Notes: generated from the letters alone by a model not told the origin. 64,000 nt of DNA from Takakia lepidozioides (GCA_030704615.1 CM060734.1:18972001-19036000); one strand, 5' to 3'; positions 23,740 through 36,017 are shown, counted from the first letter of the stretch. Made by a program: numbers and translations.

Positions 23740-25110
23740 GGCTTACAGGAATTGCTTTGCCTTCAGTTTGAAGGACTTAGGAGCACTGAAGGGTCAAGAG
23801 GATCCGTATTGAGTGGACCACTGACACGCCAATCTTTCGGAGAACCTATAGATACAATGACAGGGAGAGGTCTTTGATCAGATGAGGACTCAAGATCTCT
23901 GGGAGGAGGTTTGGTGGAGCTCTCTGGTGGAGATTATGCTTCAGCACAGTGATGCCAGCCAAGAAGGATGTCTATGGCAATTGGACGGAGAGACGTATGT
24001 ACGGTGGATTATCGGCTTGTAAATCGCAGGGGACCAAGTCCGATAAGGATGTCATGCCAACACTAGAGGAGATCTTTGATGCCATCGGGCATGCTAAGGC
24101 CTTTAGCACTTGGGATTTACGATCCGGATATCACTAGTTGCCAATCAAGGAGGCAGACAAGCAGAAGACGACTTCTGGGTGTTTAATGAGCACGGCAAGA
24201 TGGCCTATATCAGTGGCGGGTTTTACCATTGGGCTTAAGAATGATCCTGCAGAGTTTCAGAGAGTCATGGATAGGATTCTAGGAGGGGTGGACTTTGCTC
24301 GGTGCTACATAGATGACATCATCATCTTTAGTGTTACGATGGAGGAGCATGAGAGACACCTTCAGGTGGTATTGGAGCGCTTGAGAGCGCACGGATTGAA
24401 GTTGCATCCGGGGAAGTGCAAGTTTTTCCACAACCAGATTGAGTATCTGGGTCACATGATATATCCTGGAGGATTGGGGGTACAGCAGACTAAGGTAGAG
24501 GCCATTGCACAAATTCCACGCCCCACGGATGTGAGCCGAGTTCGAGCTTTCATGGGGTTGGCAAACTATTATAGACGGTTTGTCAAGGGATTTAGTACCA
24601 TTGCAAAGGCTCTAACCAAGCTGACCAAGGTGGACCAGGAGTGGCAGTGGAAAGATGAGCAGGAATGAGCTTTTCAAGAGCTCAAGACGAGGTTGACCTC
24701 GGCGCCTATCCTGAGACGACCTATTAGGGGGCGTCCCTTTCAGCTGCATACGGATTGGAGCATGCTGGGGCTTGGAGCGGTGCTCACACAGGTGGATGAT
24801 GAGGGAGGGAGAGAGTTCGTAGTGGCTTATGCTAGCCGCTCGAACAACGCTGCAGAGGCTAAGTACAGCTCATATGAGGGGAGAGTGCTTAGCTGCAGTG
24901 TGGGCCGTGGCACACTTCAGGTGCTATCTATACGGCAATCTTTTCACCCTTGTCACGGATCACCAGCCACTCAAGTGGTTGATGGAGTCAGACAAGCTTA
25001 CAGGGAAGCTTGCACGGTGGGCACTCATACTCCAGGAGTATGACTTTCAGGTTGTGCATCGACCAGGTTTGGTCAATCGGGATGCGGATGGATTGAGTCG
25101 CAATCCATGC
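23740..25110 (+). pseudogene. Ty3/gypsy reverse transcriptase and RNase H
   Basis: DLRSGYH, GLKNDPAEFQR, YIDD (24306-24317), KLHPGKC, FMGLANYYRRF, LHTDWS, GLGAVL, ECLAAVWAV, TDHQPL, ADGLSR. Confidence 0.95.
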
Positions 25111-25439
25111 ATGAGCCAGCAGGATGACACTGGAGCTCGGTGGCATGGTGAGACGGACGAGGAGATGGTGCCGGGATGGCACGCATCTGCATTTTTGTGT
25201 ATCTTGGCATCGGGAGGTCAGGTTGGACCTACAACAGAGATGACTGTAGACGGAGTGTCTGAGGACCCTGAGGCTAGTGATGAGCCAGGTGGTGCCAGAG
25301 ATACATGATGAGGATTCGGCTGTGTTGGACTACCTCCGCACGGGAGACACGACAGCCACTGTGACTGCCAGGGAGAGGGATCGGATCCTGCAACGAGCCA
25401 AGAGGTTCAAATGGGAGGGGATACACCTACTTTGAGTGT

Positions 25440-26530
25440 GGGAGGATGGTCAGGTGAGGATTGTGCCTCACCCCACACAGCGTGCACGTTTAGTGCGGCA
25501 TGCCCATGAGGAGTTGGGGCATTTTGGAGTGTGACGCACTCACAGTTTATTGCAGGAGCAGTATTGGTGGCGTGGTATGCATACAGAGGTGCAACAGTTC
25601 GTGGCTAGGTGCATGGTGTGTGACAGGGTGCGTGCTTCATTCAACGCCCCTATACCACAGTTTCATCCTTTACCAATCATGGGATTGGGCTACAGGTGGA
25701 GTCTTGACTTCGCAGGACCGTTGCCACTGACTATGCGCCACCACATATATGTATTGGTGATGGTGGAGCACTTCTCCAAGTGGATTGAGTTGGTTCCATT
25801 GCCTGACAAGGCTAGTGAGGGGGCTGCGTATGCATTCTTGGATCGTGTGCTTAGCCGATTTGGTGCTCCAGCTGAGGTACTCACGGACCAAGGGAGAGAG
25901 TTCTTGGGGGAGTTTCAGGTTTTGTGTGATAAAGCCTTGATAGACCACCGCACCACTTCTCTGGATCATCCTGAGGCCGATGGCTTAGCAGAGAGAGTTG
26001 TTCAGACGGTGAAGAGGGGTTTGCGCAAGTATGGCTTGCAGAAGGGACACCTAGGAGATTGGGATCTTCAGGTTCCTTTGTTAGCCATAGGCTACAGGTT
26101 CAGCAAACAAGCATCACTTGCCTCCTTCTCACCATATTTCCTTCTCTTTGGCCGAGAGCCGGATTTGCCTGCAGCCATTCGTAGGGACACTGCTCAAGTC
26201 CTTAACCTTGATGATCCGGACGTGTGGGTACGTGCATGTGATCAGCGTGCAGAGTTGTTCAAGAAAGTCATGCCCATGGCTTTTGAGAACCTTGCCATTG
26301 CACAGCACCGTGATACGTTGAGGTATGCCACTATACGTGGTGGAGGATATCGTCCTGGGGTTCGGAGGTTTAGCCCTGGTGACTATGTTTATTTGCAGCA
26401 GACTGCTCCTACGACTCTGGATGTTACTGCAGGGCGTGTTATTCTGAGGGTTCGAGAGGTGTTGCCCTCAGGGGTCCTGATCTTAGAGGTCGTCGGGATG
26501 GCATGACTTGGAAGGACCATGTGCGTAATT
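25440..26530 (+). pseudogene. DDE integrase (HHCC zinc-binding plus rve core)
   Basis: HEELGHFG...CMVC, SLDFAGPL (D), TDQG (D), GLAERVVQTVK (E), SPYFLLFGR. The core 25550-26506 is open. Confidence 0.95.
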
Positions 26531-26604
26531 GTGCGCCATGTCACCTTCCCAATGTCGATGGCAGAGTTGACCCAAACTTGGCAGTGGTACCTGCAGGTTT
26601 GAGG

Positions 26605-26743
26605 TGCATGCTCTGTGGGTCTGCCAAAGGGGCAGCCACCATGCCGGTGTGTGATCGATGCTCAAGGGGTTGGCATATGGGATGCTTGACACCACCTCTT
26701 GAGAAGGTTCCTGACGGAGATTGGTTGTGTCCACACTGCTTAG
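26605..26743 (+). CDS. C-terminal PHD finger of the integrase
   Basis: CMLC...VCDRCSRGWHMGCLTPPLEKVPDGDWLCPHC gives a complete C4HC3 pattern. Confidence 0.92.
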
Positions 26744-26997
26744 GATAGTGACAGTGGACATGACTGGAGGCAGCTAACAAGACATGGGAGGCCAAGCTCA
26801 TAGGAGTCAATACATGAGATCCCAAGCTCAAGTTCACAGGTTGCAAGACGGCGACTAACGATGGGGCAATTCTTGCACCCGGCCTCTTGATCTATCGAGT
26901 TTGAGTGTAGTAGGGATAGTGGTGGAGGACTTAGTGAGGCTATGGTCACTATCACATCTTGTGGCTACCTGGACTTAGAGGGACCTAAGCACCAGCT

Positions 26998-27006
26998 AGG
27001 GGGGCG
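26998..27006 (+). promoter_or_regulatory. Polypurine tract (short)
   Basis: AGGGGGGCG followed by AT and the TG that starts repeat B1. Confidence 0.6.
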
Positions 27007-27008
27007 AT

Positions 27009-27704
27009 TGTGTGGACTAGTGACTGCCATAGTGGGCAGCATAGTGGCAGCCTAGTGAATGACTAGTTGTAGCCTAGTGGTTGGACTAGTGGCTAGACTA
27101 GTGGTAGACTAGTGGTATACTAGTGTGTGGTGTGCACATGTGTTGTGTGGTTTTGGACAGCGATGTAGTTGTGTAGCGATATGTATGCGCACGACAGCTG
27201 TCAAGTTATTTTACCACTAGTGTGAAACTAGCTAGGAAATAGCTAGCTTTTACATATTGACATTTGGGATTGGCCCAAGTGTCAATCCAGGAGTCAAGGC
27301 AGATTTAGGCCCTGGAGTGGTTATCTTCACGGCAAGCGCGGAAGGCTCATCTTTCTCGAGTTGAGCCTCACCGCGCCTAGCTATGGCGCCGTAGTGTGGA
27401 TTCCCCATGGCGTGGGGTGCACTTGGCTTGACTTGTATTTGAGTGATGAGGTTATATATGCATGAGTTTATGCTTCAGATTTGTGAGCTCGTGCTTGTAT
27501 TCTTCATCTTTATCATTGTGTGGACTAGTGACTGCCATAGTGGGCAGCATAGTGGCAGCCTAGTGACTGACTAGTTGTAGCCTAGTGGTTGGACTAGTGG
27601 CTGGACTAGTGGTGGACTAGTGGTATACTAGTGTGTGGTGTGCACATGTGTTGTGTGGTTTTGGACATCGATGTAGTTGTGTAGCTATATGTATGCGCAC
27701 GACA
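27009..27704 (+). repeat. 3' repeat block B1-gc-A2-t-B2
   Basis: B1 and B2 are 188 bp each with about 5 differences by eye. A2 is 317 bp. The B1/A2 junction is the palindrome GACAGCTGTC (27193-27202). Confidence 0.95.
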
Positions 27705-28022
27705 TCCATACTAACCTCATAACCCAGCTTTTGCATACAACGGGAGCTGGGCTTCACCTGTACACAATTCGCATTGCAGCTTTTCCCGCCCCCTCCTGGT
27801 GTGTAAACTCCACACTCCTTCTTGTTGTCTGTAGCTCCCTGGCGAAGAGGTTGTTCTTGTACGCACATCTGAAACGTGTCACGTAGTCCGTCTTCTGCCG
27901 CACATCTGGTGGACGTAGCGACGGCCACAACAGAGGACATCGACAGAGCAATCATGCAGCAAGCCACGTACTACAAGTTCATGAGCGGGAAACAATAGGG
28001 CTTTGGGCCGGACAGGGAGGAA

Positions 28023-29245
28023 TTGTTGGTACGAACAGCTTCGAGGTCGAAGAATCCACTGAAATGGGCGACGACATTGCAAGAGAAGATCAAAGGGACG
28101 CCTCTGCACCGCAGAGGTGAACACCTAGAGGGGGACGTCCGTACTCGCCCTGTGAGGCGGAGGATTGAAGAGGAACCCGGGTGCGAAGAGGATTCCTGGA
28201 GATCCGACAGGAACATTCGGACAGCACCTCGAGGTCTCGTCATGTTGCCGCACAATGTGTCTTCCAGCAGTGGAAGCCCAAGAAATTCCAGATCGCCATC
28301 GCCTTCAAGCGGGGATTCCGTGCGAGAAATTCCCACCGCTCGCTTGCCCCAGATTCCGCCCACTGTTATGCAGTATGGCCAAGCCATTGTGGAGACGACT
28401 GTGTCTGCGTCACAGTGGAGAATTGCTCGCACAAAGCCGGCGTTTCGAGGCAGATGTTCCGCAATTCGAGTGGATACACGACAACGTTGTTTAGAGATGA
28501 TAAGGAGGAATCCAGATGGGGTTGTCCCTGCTCCTACTTTTACAGGAAGATTTGTCCATGCAAAGTTTGCGGAGTCGACAACCACCCAGTTCTGGTTCTG
28601 CAGGCACGACATTATGACTTGCGTGTATGGAAAGCCCAAGTACGACATACAAACAATGCCAGAGGCTCCCCCGGTGTGGCCGGTGGAACCAGGCTGCGAT
28701 CTGAGTTAGGTTGAGGCCGACGCCCTTACTGCCGCAGGATTTCGGATGGTGCAGCGCACTGACGTCCCCAGACAACCATTTCCGCTTCCATAGCCTCCAC
28801 CACCGACCCCTGTGAGAGCAAGAACAATGGGACGCGACATCTCTAAGCATCCTACACACCGTTGGGGAAACCGAAGAGGCGGCGACCTCCCTCAAAAGTG
28901 AACGAGACAAGGATGGGGAATGCACTTCGGATGAACTGTACAATCCAGAGCTCGACAGAAGTGCCCCCACCAGGCTTCGGGCATGTGTATCAGATGGCCA
29001 CGACAGGCTCAGCTGTTTGCAATGAGGTGTACACCATCACCATTTCAGAATTACCCACCTGCAATTGCACCGACTTCCAGATCATGGCGAACAAGGGGGC
29101 ATCATATTGCCCTTGCAAGCATCTGTACTAAGTGTACCTAAAGAGACTCCGATATAATTCCACAACTCATCACTTCATACATGCACCAGGGTTGAGCCCC
29201 CAAGAGGTGCACACTCTTCTGAATATGGATCCAGGGGACCAGTGA
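28023..29245 (+). pseudogene. SWIM zinc-finger protein of the inner MULE-like element
   Basis: YTITISELPTCNCTDF...CPCKHLY (CxC-xn-CxH) at ~29030-29128, with an upstream Cys/Trp-rich region (SQWRIART, FWFC). Stops at 28707 and 29129. Confidence 0.7.
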
Positions 29246-30137
29246 GCTTGGCTTGCGGTCCCCACACAATGGTACGCCCATCCTTTTTGGATAGTAGAAC
29301 TGTACTGCTGCAAGTACCTCTGACTCTGGCCACAGAAAGGTCCGACTTATGTCTTGCCTACTAGTAACCTGTTTTGCTCGAACTAAGATAATACTATGTC
29401 ATTCACTTGTGTTTCCACGTGCTTGTATTTTTGTTTGTTGGAGGGTTCCTGTTTTTCTGCTCTCCCAAACTTTGCTTTCTTCATTCGACCCCCGGCAAGG
29501 AAATGCGGCGCCGCATTTCCAAGTAACGTCGTAGGTCCTGGTAGATGCGGCCTTCGTCATAGCAAGATAGTAGCACCCAGCCTTCAGGGAGCCGACCGTT
29601 GCCAACACCAAACCGCCCATAAATTTCGCACGTGCGAACCCTAATGCGGCACCGCATTTCCCAATTGTGTCGCAAACCTTTCCCGCCGAATACCTGAAGA
29701 TGACAGAATTGTGAAGTACTGCAGACTCTATTGGTGCAGACTCTATTGGTTCAATCGTGGCAAAAGGTCATTCCAATGTTGAAGGCATGTAAAACCGCGG
29801 AATACTCTATACAGGCCAGTATGCGACGTCTTTTTGCCGTGGTATACTGGATTTCTCATTGCACGGTCACTCATTTCCATGAGCGGATCTAAAAAACCAT
29901 GAGCGGACTTGTTACTGACGACATATCTTCGCCGCATTATAGGATCTGGAACTTCCAAAAACGGCAAGGTCAAATAAAAAACTATTATTTTAATACTTGT
30001 TTAATCTGTTGCATTTCCAAATTTGGAGGAGTCCGCTCATGAAATCCGCGTGTCTTAGACTTCGGCTCACCGCTCATGCGGTTCATGCGGCTCATGGCTC
30101 ATGGCACATGGTTTCTGCTCATGAAATAGTAAACCTC

Positions 30138-31644
30138 TCCTGCTTGGTCACCCTGAAGCTTCCCGTTCAGTGCAGATATCCATGGCTCCAAATCGATTGC
30201 CTTTGATCTCGCTGTGATGATGAATGCAACTGGGATTCCATTCAACCACTGGTCGAATACCATCATGGTGTATAGCGGGTACTACATAAACAGCAGTCAA
30301 TGTACAACAATTCAAGCAAGTTTGAATGGAGAAAGATGTGAGGAGGACCTTTGTACGATGTGGGGATGCAGTATGGCAAGTACACCCTAAACCTGGCTTC
30401 AACGATTGTAATGAAGAAAAAACAGAGATCACACCTTCTTCTCATGGTTCCGAAGGTGGCGTCGCAAGCGACAATTCTATGATGGCCAAATTTCAACATT
30501 TGATCTTGCTGCCACACTGTTTGTATGCCAAGAACGAATGGAAGATCAAGCTCGATGTCACTGGATGTCCAAGCCTTGTGGTTCTTTTCTTCTTGGTAGT
30601 AGAAAACACTGGCCATATTTTCATGCACCCACATGCGGACACTCTGGGCATCATTTGGGTGTTTTCTGAATGTCTCTACATCGCATAGCGTCGCAATATT
30701 GCGTATGTCTTGGGAGAGGAGAAAAGTGTCACGGTTGACGTCCAACCCTTGCTCCATCAACTCCTTCACTTGCATGGTGTGCTTGGCCATTATCTTGTTT
30801 ATGCTCAGCCCAAGACGCAAATTGTGCAAAATCCATGACTTCATGTCATCACTAAGATGGGGAGCCATTGCACTTCGGTTCAACTGACATGAAGGTCCGT
30901 GGCATATCTCACCTCTTCCATTTACATGTTGTTTCTCATGATAAACTATCTCCGCCATAGTAGGGTCCAGGTAGCATTGTTTGACAACAAATCGGCACAT
31001 GCAACCTCTTTTCATGCCTTCTCCTGTTTTGTTGTTTGTAGTCCTTACTTGTTTTGGTTTTTGTCCTTTGGATTCCGGCCCTACTCTAGGCTTCCTCCCC
31101 CTTTTCTTGGCTGGACCTGCACGCCATTTTTTGGCACGCATAGCATCTGTTACCTCCACAGTGTTTTGGGTATTGTCTTGTGGGCCATAGGCGCAGTGAT
31201 ACCTATGCCAAAAACATGAGTGGCCTTTTAGAACCGCTCCTATGAAAAGCAGAAGTGCATGGCTAGTGGGATTGGACACAACCTATATAGTGGGCAGCAT
31301 TCATTTCATTTTTCATGAATCATGAATTCATACTTTGTAATGTTCATGGCACTATTGATGCGTGGTGCCTGAAGACTCCCAGCAAGGGTGCCCTTCTGTC
31401 GATGACTTCGGAAGGTGCATGGGGCCTCCTTCAGGGAGGACTCACCAGCAATGAAGTCGACCACCCGATTCCAAGGGATATATGCAATTTCATCTATGTT
31501 TTGATCAGGTGTCTGTCCATGCCATTGGGACCTCCATTGCACGTCATGGTGTGTGAAAGTACCTGTCTTTGGTGTTTGTAGCAGACCTTGCACTTTACAA
31601 AGAAGGTGGGGCAAAATTTTGCCATCTTCAACCACTTCAGCCAT
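30138..31644 (-). pseudogene. Mutator-like transposase, upstream part (At1g60560-like SWIM/MULE family), spliced
   Basis: IPWNRVVDFIAGE, YHCAYGP, RGCMCRFVVK..HV..CHGP, DAQSVRMWV, FVLGIQT, CDATFGT (first catalytic D), YPLYTMMVFDQWLNGIPVAFII. Confidence 0.88.
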
Positions 31645-34600
31645 GCTTACACAAACAAGATCCTTCTGAGTTTGTTGTTATCTTCTTTCGCTGCCCTATC
31701 CTGCCACAAACGTCGTACTCTTTTATTTTGCTGGCAGATTATGGCATGTATAGCTGGTATATTTATGCATCGGACAACAAATTGCACCCTATGAAAGCAC
31801 CAACTTCTTTATGTGGGCCAAACATGCACACAATTGCAATTTACTATGGAATGCTTCATGAACAACTGGTGCAAGATACAACAACAATTCGATTTAGAAT
31901 GTGAATGCAGAGTGCCAGGGTAGGGACGCGTTTCGGAAGCATGGAGAGAACGGAAATGCACGATGAGGGTAGCAAAACCCTCGATTGGGGTGGCAATGTA
32001 TGTGACCACGTGGCGTATATCTGAACGTCCATTTGTTTCCTCAGATTTGCCATTTGAAATTTGAATTCCTGTCAGAATGATTATGAAACAGGGCATAATG
32101 TATGCTTAGGATACCATGTATGCTTGGGATAGCATGTACTATGGGGGATGGACGACAATGGCATGCCCAGGATGGGAGGCGGGATGGGGATGCGGGTGAG
32201 GACACGTCTCATGTCCCCGCAGCGGGCACATGAGGCGCGGGGAGGCGTGCCGCGCAGTGTGCGGGCGACGGAGGTGGGGGTGGGCATGGGGTGGCGGGGG
32301 GTCCACGCTGGCTGAACCGGCTCCTTCGCATTCAACTCCAGGGCCCCATCACCGTAAGTGAATGCACTCACAATCAACGAGTCACACTTATTTATATTCT
32401 TTAGATGGAAAACAGTCAATCAACTTACAAAAGTTTTTGGGAGAAAATGGTGCATTTTCTCTAAGGATAACCAGCCTGCACCATTCTTGAGTTGGAAATG
32501 ACTAGTTTGGGCAATGCTATTTATAGACTACAGGGCAAAGGCTCAAAATATGTGAGCTCTGGATTTTTGCTCTCTCTTCTATTATGTAATACATGGTGGA
32601 GATAATCACCTCAAGGACTTCGAAAGCAGAGACTTATAGCTACCTCAATGCAGGTTGTTTTAAAATTGCCTCTATGAAGGTAATTACAAAAACGAACTAG
32701 ACCACTTTAAGATAGGTAGTCATATTCAATTGTCCACCAATCCATCCACCAACAAAATGTGGAACCCACAATCTATTCCATTCCAATACTATGTACCCCA
32801 ACTGATTTGCCCAGTTTGGGAAGGTCAGGCAATCCGACACTGTGGGAAGAGCCAATCAGTGGGCCGCAGGAGGCTCTAGCGTAGAAGTAGGAGAGTCGAT
32901 GGGAGGTACAGTATGCCATGGACAAATGTTACCTCTATAGACGTTAAACTATCATAAATGTTAAGAAAATTTTACTCCCGTACTTTTTTTATTCTGGAAA
33001 ACAAATGGGTGCCTTCAGTGTGTTGTGTAGAAAACCAAAAGGTCCCAAGTCCCAATGTATTCAATCGAATTGAAAAGATTCTCTTAGATGTTTTATGAGC
33101 CCCCCTCAATTAGGATTTACCTCTAATTTTGCATTATTTCACTGTTTAAGAGGGTTTATTCAATGTGTCACCCCTGAAGATGGGATTTATACACTCTGTA
33201 CAACCCCCCGGCCAACAAGTATCCCACCCTATCATTGACATACGTTCAATGTGAAGGGCGGCTCCTCTTTCTAGTCGTGCCATGTGCAAGTAACACAAGT
33301 CTGAGCAACCCAACCCAACAAGACGACGTGCTTTAACCCCCAATCATACAGATAGTATCCCCTAAAGGCCTACAGCTTTTTCCACCCTTGACTGCAAAAT
33401 ATGCACCCCTATCCACCTTTTTATTCGTTACTAAGAGTGTGCTGGTCTACACAACTTGACCGTTCGATCATGTTCCTAACTATCTCCCTTGGGCCTTAAG
33501 TTACCCTCCCCTCTAATTTCATGATTTGTTTCACTAAGCATGAAAATATCTGCAACCTTTGCAAAATAGGAAACTAAAATCAACAAATTTTATCGAAATT
33601 CCTGACTGGCTGATCCAATTGAACCCAATTTCCCTAACAATATATCTTGTTGGGCAGCTTCTCCTAATATTTAAAAAAAAAACAAGATTTGGGTATACAT
33701 TCTTTGTAGTGATATGGATGGGAGTCAACACATTGCATTTTCAGCACTTTGCCACCTTTTTTTTATTCTTTAAAAAAAAACTTCAAAATGAAACGGTCCC
33801 AATGTTTTCAACCAAGTCAGGAAGGTCCTCAAAAAATTCTTGATTGATTCCATCCATGTAATCCCCCTCAAATGGGGTTTGCACTGACCTATTGTTTCTT
33901 AAGGCTTATACAATGGGCCACCCTATTCCATGCAACTAACCCCAATCCATTAAATTGTCCTTCTCGTGCTCATCCCCGTCACCTATCAAAACAGCCGTTT
34001 CCATCAGAGTAGATCACACTTTGGTAAAGGAGATCTTCCAGCAGATGCTACCTATTGGAGCTTTGGATTCCGTTGAGAATCCATCAAGATCTTTGTGTTG
34101 AAGGGAAACCATGAGGCCACTGGATGGCCTCTTGGACATTTATGGGATATGATAGTCTCACCGTTCACTACTATGAAATTGAAGATAATGGATAAATGGC
34201 CTGGATAGAAATGTGTTGATCCAAAAACATGTAGAGTAATAGCTATTTCCATTCATACATAGACGAGGGCCAAACCCTTTGTGACCAACATTATGTGTCA
34301 TATCAAAAATTCCCTACATTGAATGAAGTTGAAATATTAAGAAACAAGCGGCATGTAGATATGTTGTGAATGGAACTATCGGAGCTTGGAATTTGCTAGA
34401 TTTATTTGGACATCAGTCCAAGCAAAAACATGACAATCAATGAAACTGCAGACATATTAATTCAATACACCATATATACCATAATATATATTAACCATAT
34501 ATAGTTCAATTGAATGTTTAGTTGAGCAATATTAGCGAGGGGTTCTTTTAATAAAAAAAAATTGGTTCAGTAGCCCTTCTAAACATATTGAAGGTGCAAT

Positions 34601-35984
34601 TGGAAAAAATAACCACACCAAGGAGTCCATGAGAGATCATCAACAAGGATTGGGTGGCACCTTGACCAAAACCCCAAGCGCTGCTTTGAACCAGATAACT
34701 GGGGGCAGCCAGCACATTCTGGTCCTTGAGAGAGTGAAAGACTTAGCGAGAGTGGAACAACGAGAATCACAATCCAGCTTCCTAAACCAAAAATGAAGTG
34801 ATTGCAGCCTAAGGACAAAAACTAGACAACGTTAAGTTAAGGAGAAATCATGGTGCTCTTAGCTATGATTAGCCTAGATAAACTGAACCATTATATTAGA
34901 TCCGGCAAACAAGCAACGGAGATAGTAAGAAATGGTAGCATCAAAGTCCTGAGATAAATCTTGCGAGGGGCTGAAGGAGAGGCCAGCAATCAGAGGCCAT
35001 GGCTGCAGCATAGGAACTGAACGAAAGCCAAAATTAGAACCGAAGTACAACTAGCCTAAGAGCTGAAGTAGAGCCAAAAACCAACACTAAGGTAGAACCA
35101 AAGAAAGGGATTTTAGCGCTTGGCCTAAGAGTTTCAAAATTGAGGTATGCTTGAACTTTGGACTCCCAGTTCTTTCTTATGCCTCCAGTTCACGTCGGGG
35201 TCGTCTCTACCAATTAGAGAATGTCATGGACTACGTGGCTCCCCATCCTGGGGGCCGAAAAGAATGGGCCCAGGTAGGGTGGGCAGTGGGTTGTTGTTAG
35301 CAAAGAATTCCATCTCTGGCCCAATTGGCATCAAAGCTAGCAAAAGAGGGCTCGTTTCCTTCCCTCACTACATATGTATATTGAATCCGACAACATGCCC
35401 AAACTTTCTTCCCTTTGTTTAGAAAATATGAATAAATATTACAGAGTGTGTGGGAGAGCAAAAGAGGTTTAGCATCAAAAATATGTGAACATCTTGCCTT
35501 CCAGATATGCCAAAGAGTGATGACGCGTAGGGAACACTAGACCTGGTCACGACACCATGGACTGGAGGCAAGCTACTGACTTAATAGAAGGATGGGTAGA
35601 TCATTAACAACAAAAGAATTCTAAGAAAGAAAAAAAGTACAAACAGGTTGCCAAACTAACTTGGCAAATGGACATTCTACCAAACCGTGTTTCATGGTTT
35701 CAGAAACTTGCAAGGAGCAACAAAGACAAAGATTAAGAGGGGGCTCCCTGTTAGCAGAAAAAGACAGAATACGATTGCGAAGTCACCAAAGGAAGCATTG
35801 TGTTTCACAAGACGGAACTTCAACAAGGCATCAAGCCAAACGGTGTTCCAAGTTGGCGAAGCAGGGATAATTAGTCATTTGACCAACATCTTGTGAGACA
35901 TTGTCACTTGGGGAGAGAGCATTCTGTATCCCGTTTTAACATTATAAGAGGGAAAAAAGAGCTTTGGCATCCAAGTACGTCCAG

Positions 35985-36017
<33 letters not shown>
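35985..36017. repeat. Poly-C tract (~33 nt)
   Basis: Direct reading of the sequence. Confidence 0.9.

Larger units (their letters stand above)
15973..27704 (+). mobile_element. Ty3/gypsy-type retrotransposon with split direct repeats (A...B-A-B), DNMT3-like domain and PHD finger
   Basis: Starts TGTCAAG and ends CACGACA. Domain order gag-PR-MTase-RT-RH-INT-PHD. Repeats: A1 15973-16289, B1 27009-27196, A2 27199-27515, B2 27517-27704. Confidence 0.93.
10279..30137. mobile_element. MULE-like cargo-carrying element (19.86 kb; ~8.1 kb without the nested retroelement), no transposase seen
   Basis: 9-bp TSD TCCTGCTTG at 10270-10278 and 30138-30146. Imperfect TIRs GGGGGCTGCTATTTCATGAGC / GCTCATGAAATAGTAAACCTC with subterminal CATGAGC repeats. 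Removing it restores the transposase reading ...GDQAG|WCPH.... Confidence 0.9.

Noticed and set aside
15973-27704. Classification as a DIRS/Ngaro tyrosine-recombinase element because of the split repeats
   Set aside because: It has an aspartic protease and an HHCC+DDE integrase, and I found no R-HxxR-Y recombinase motif.
27009-27704. B1 and B2 as LTRs of a separate tiny TRIM inserted at the end
   Set aside because: The sequence between them is exactly repeat A, B1 directly follows the element's PPT, and the solo A-B unit fits one composite terminal structure.
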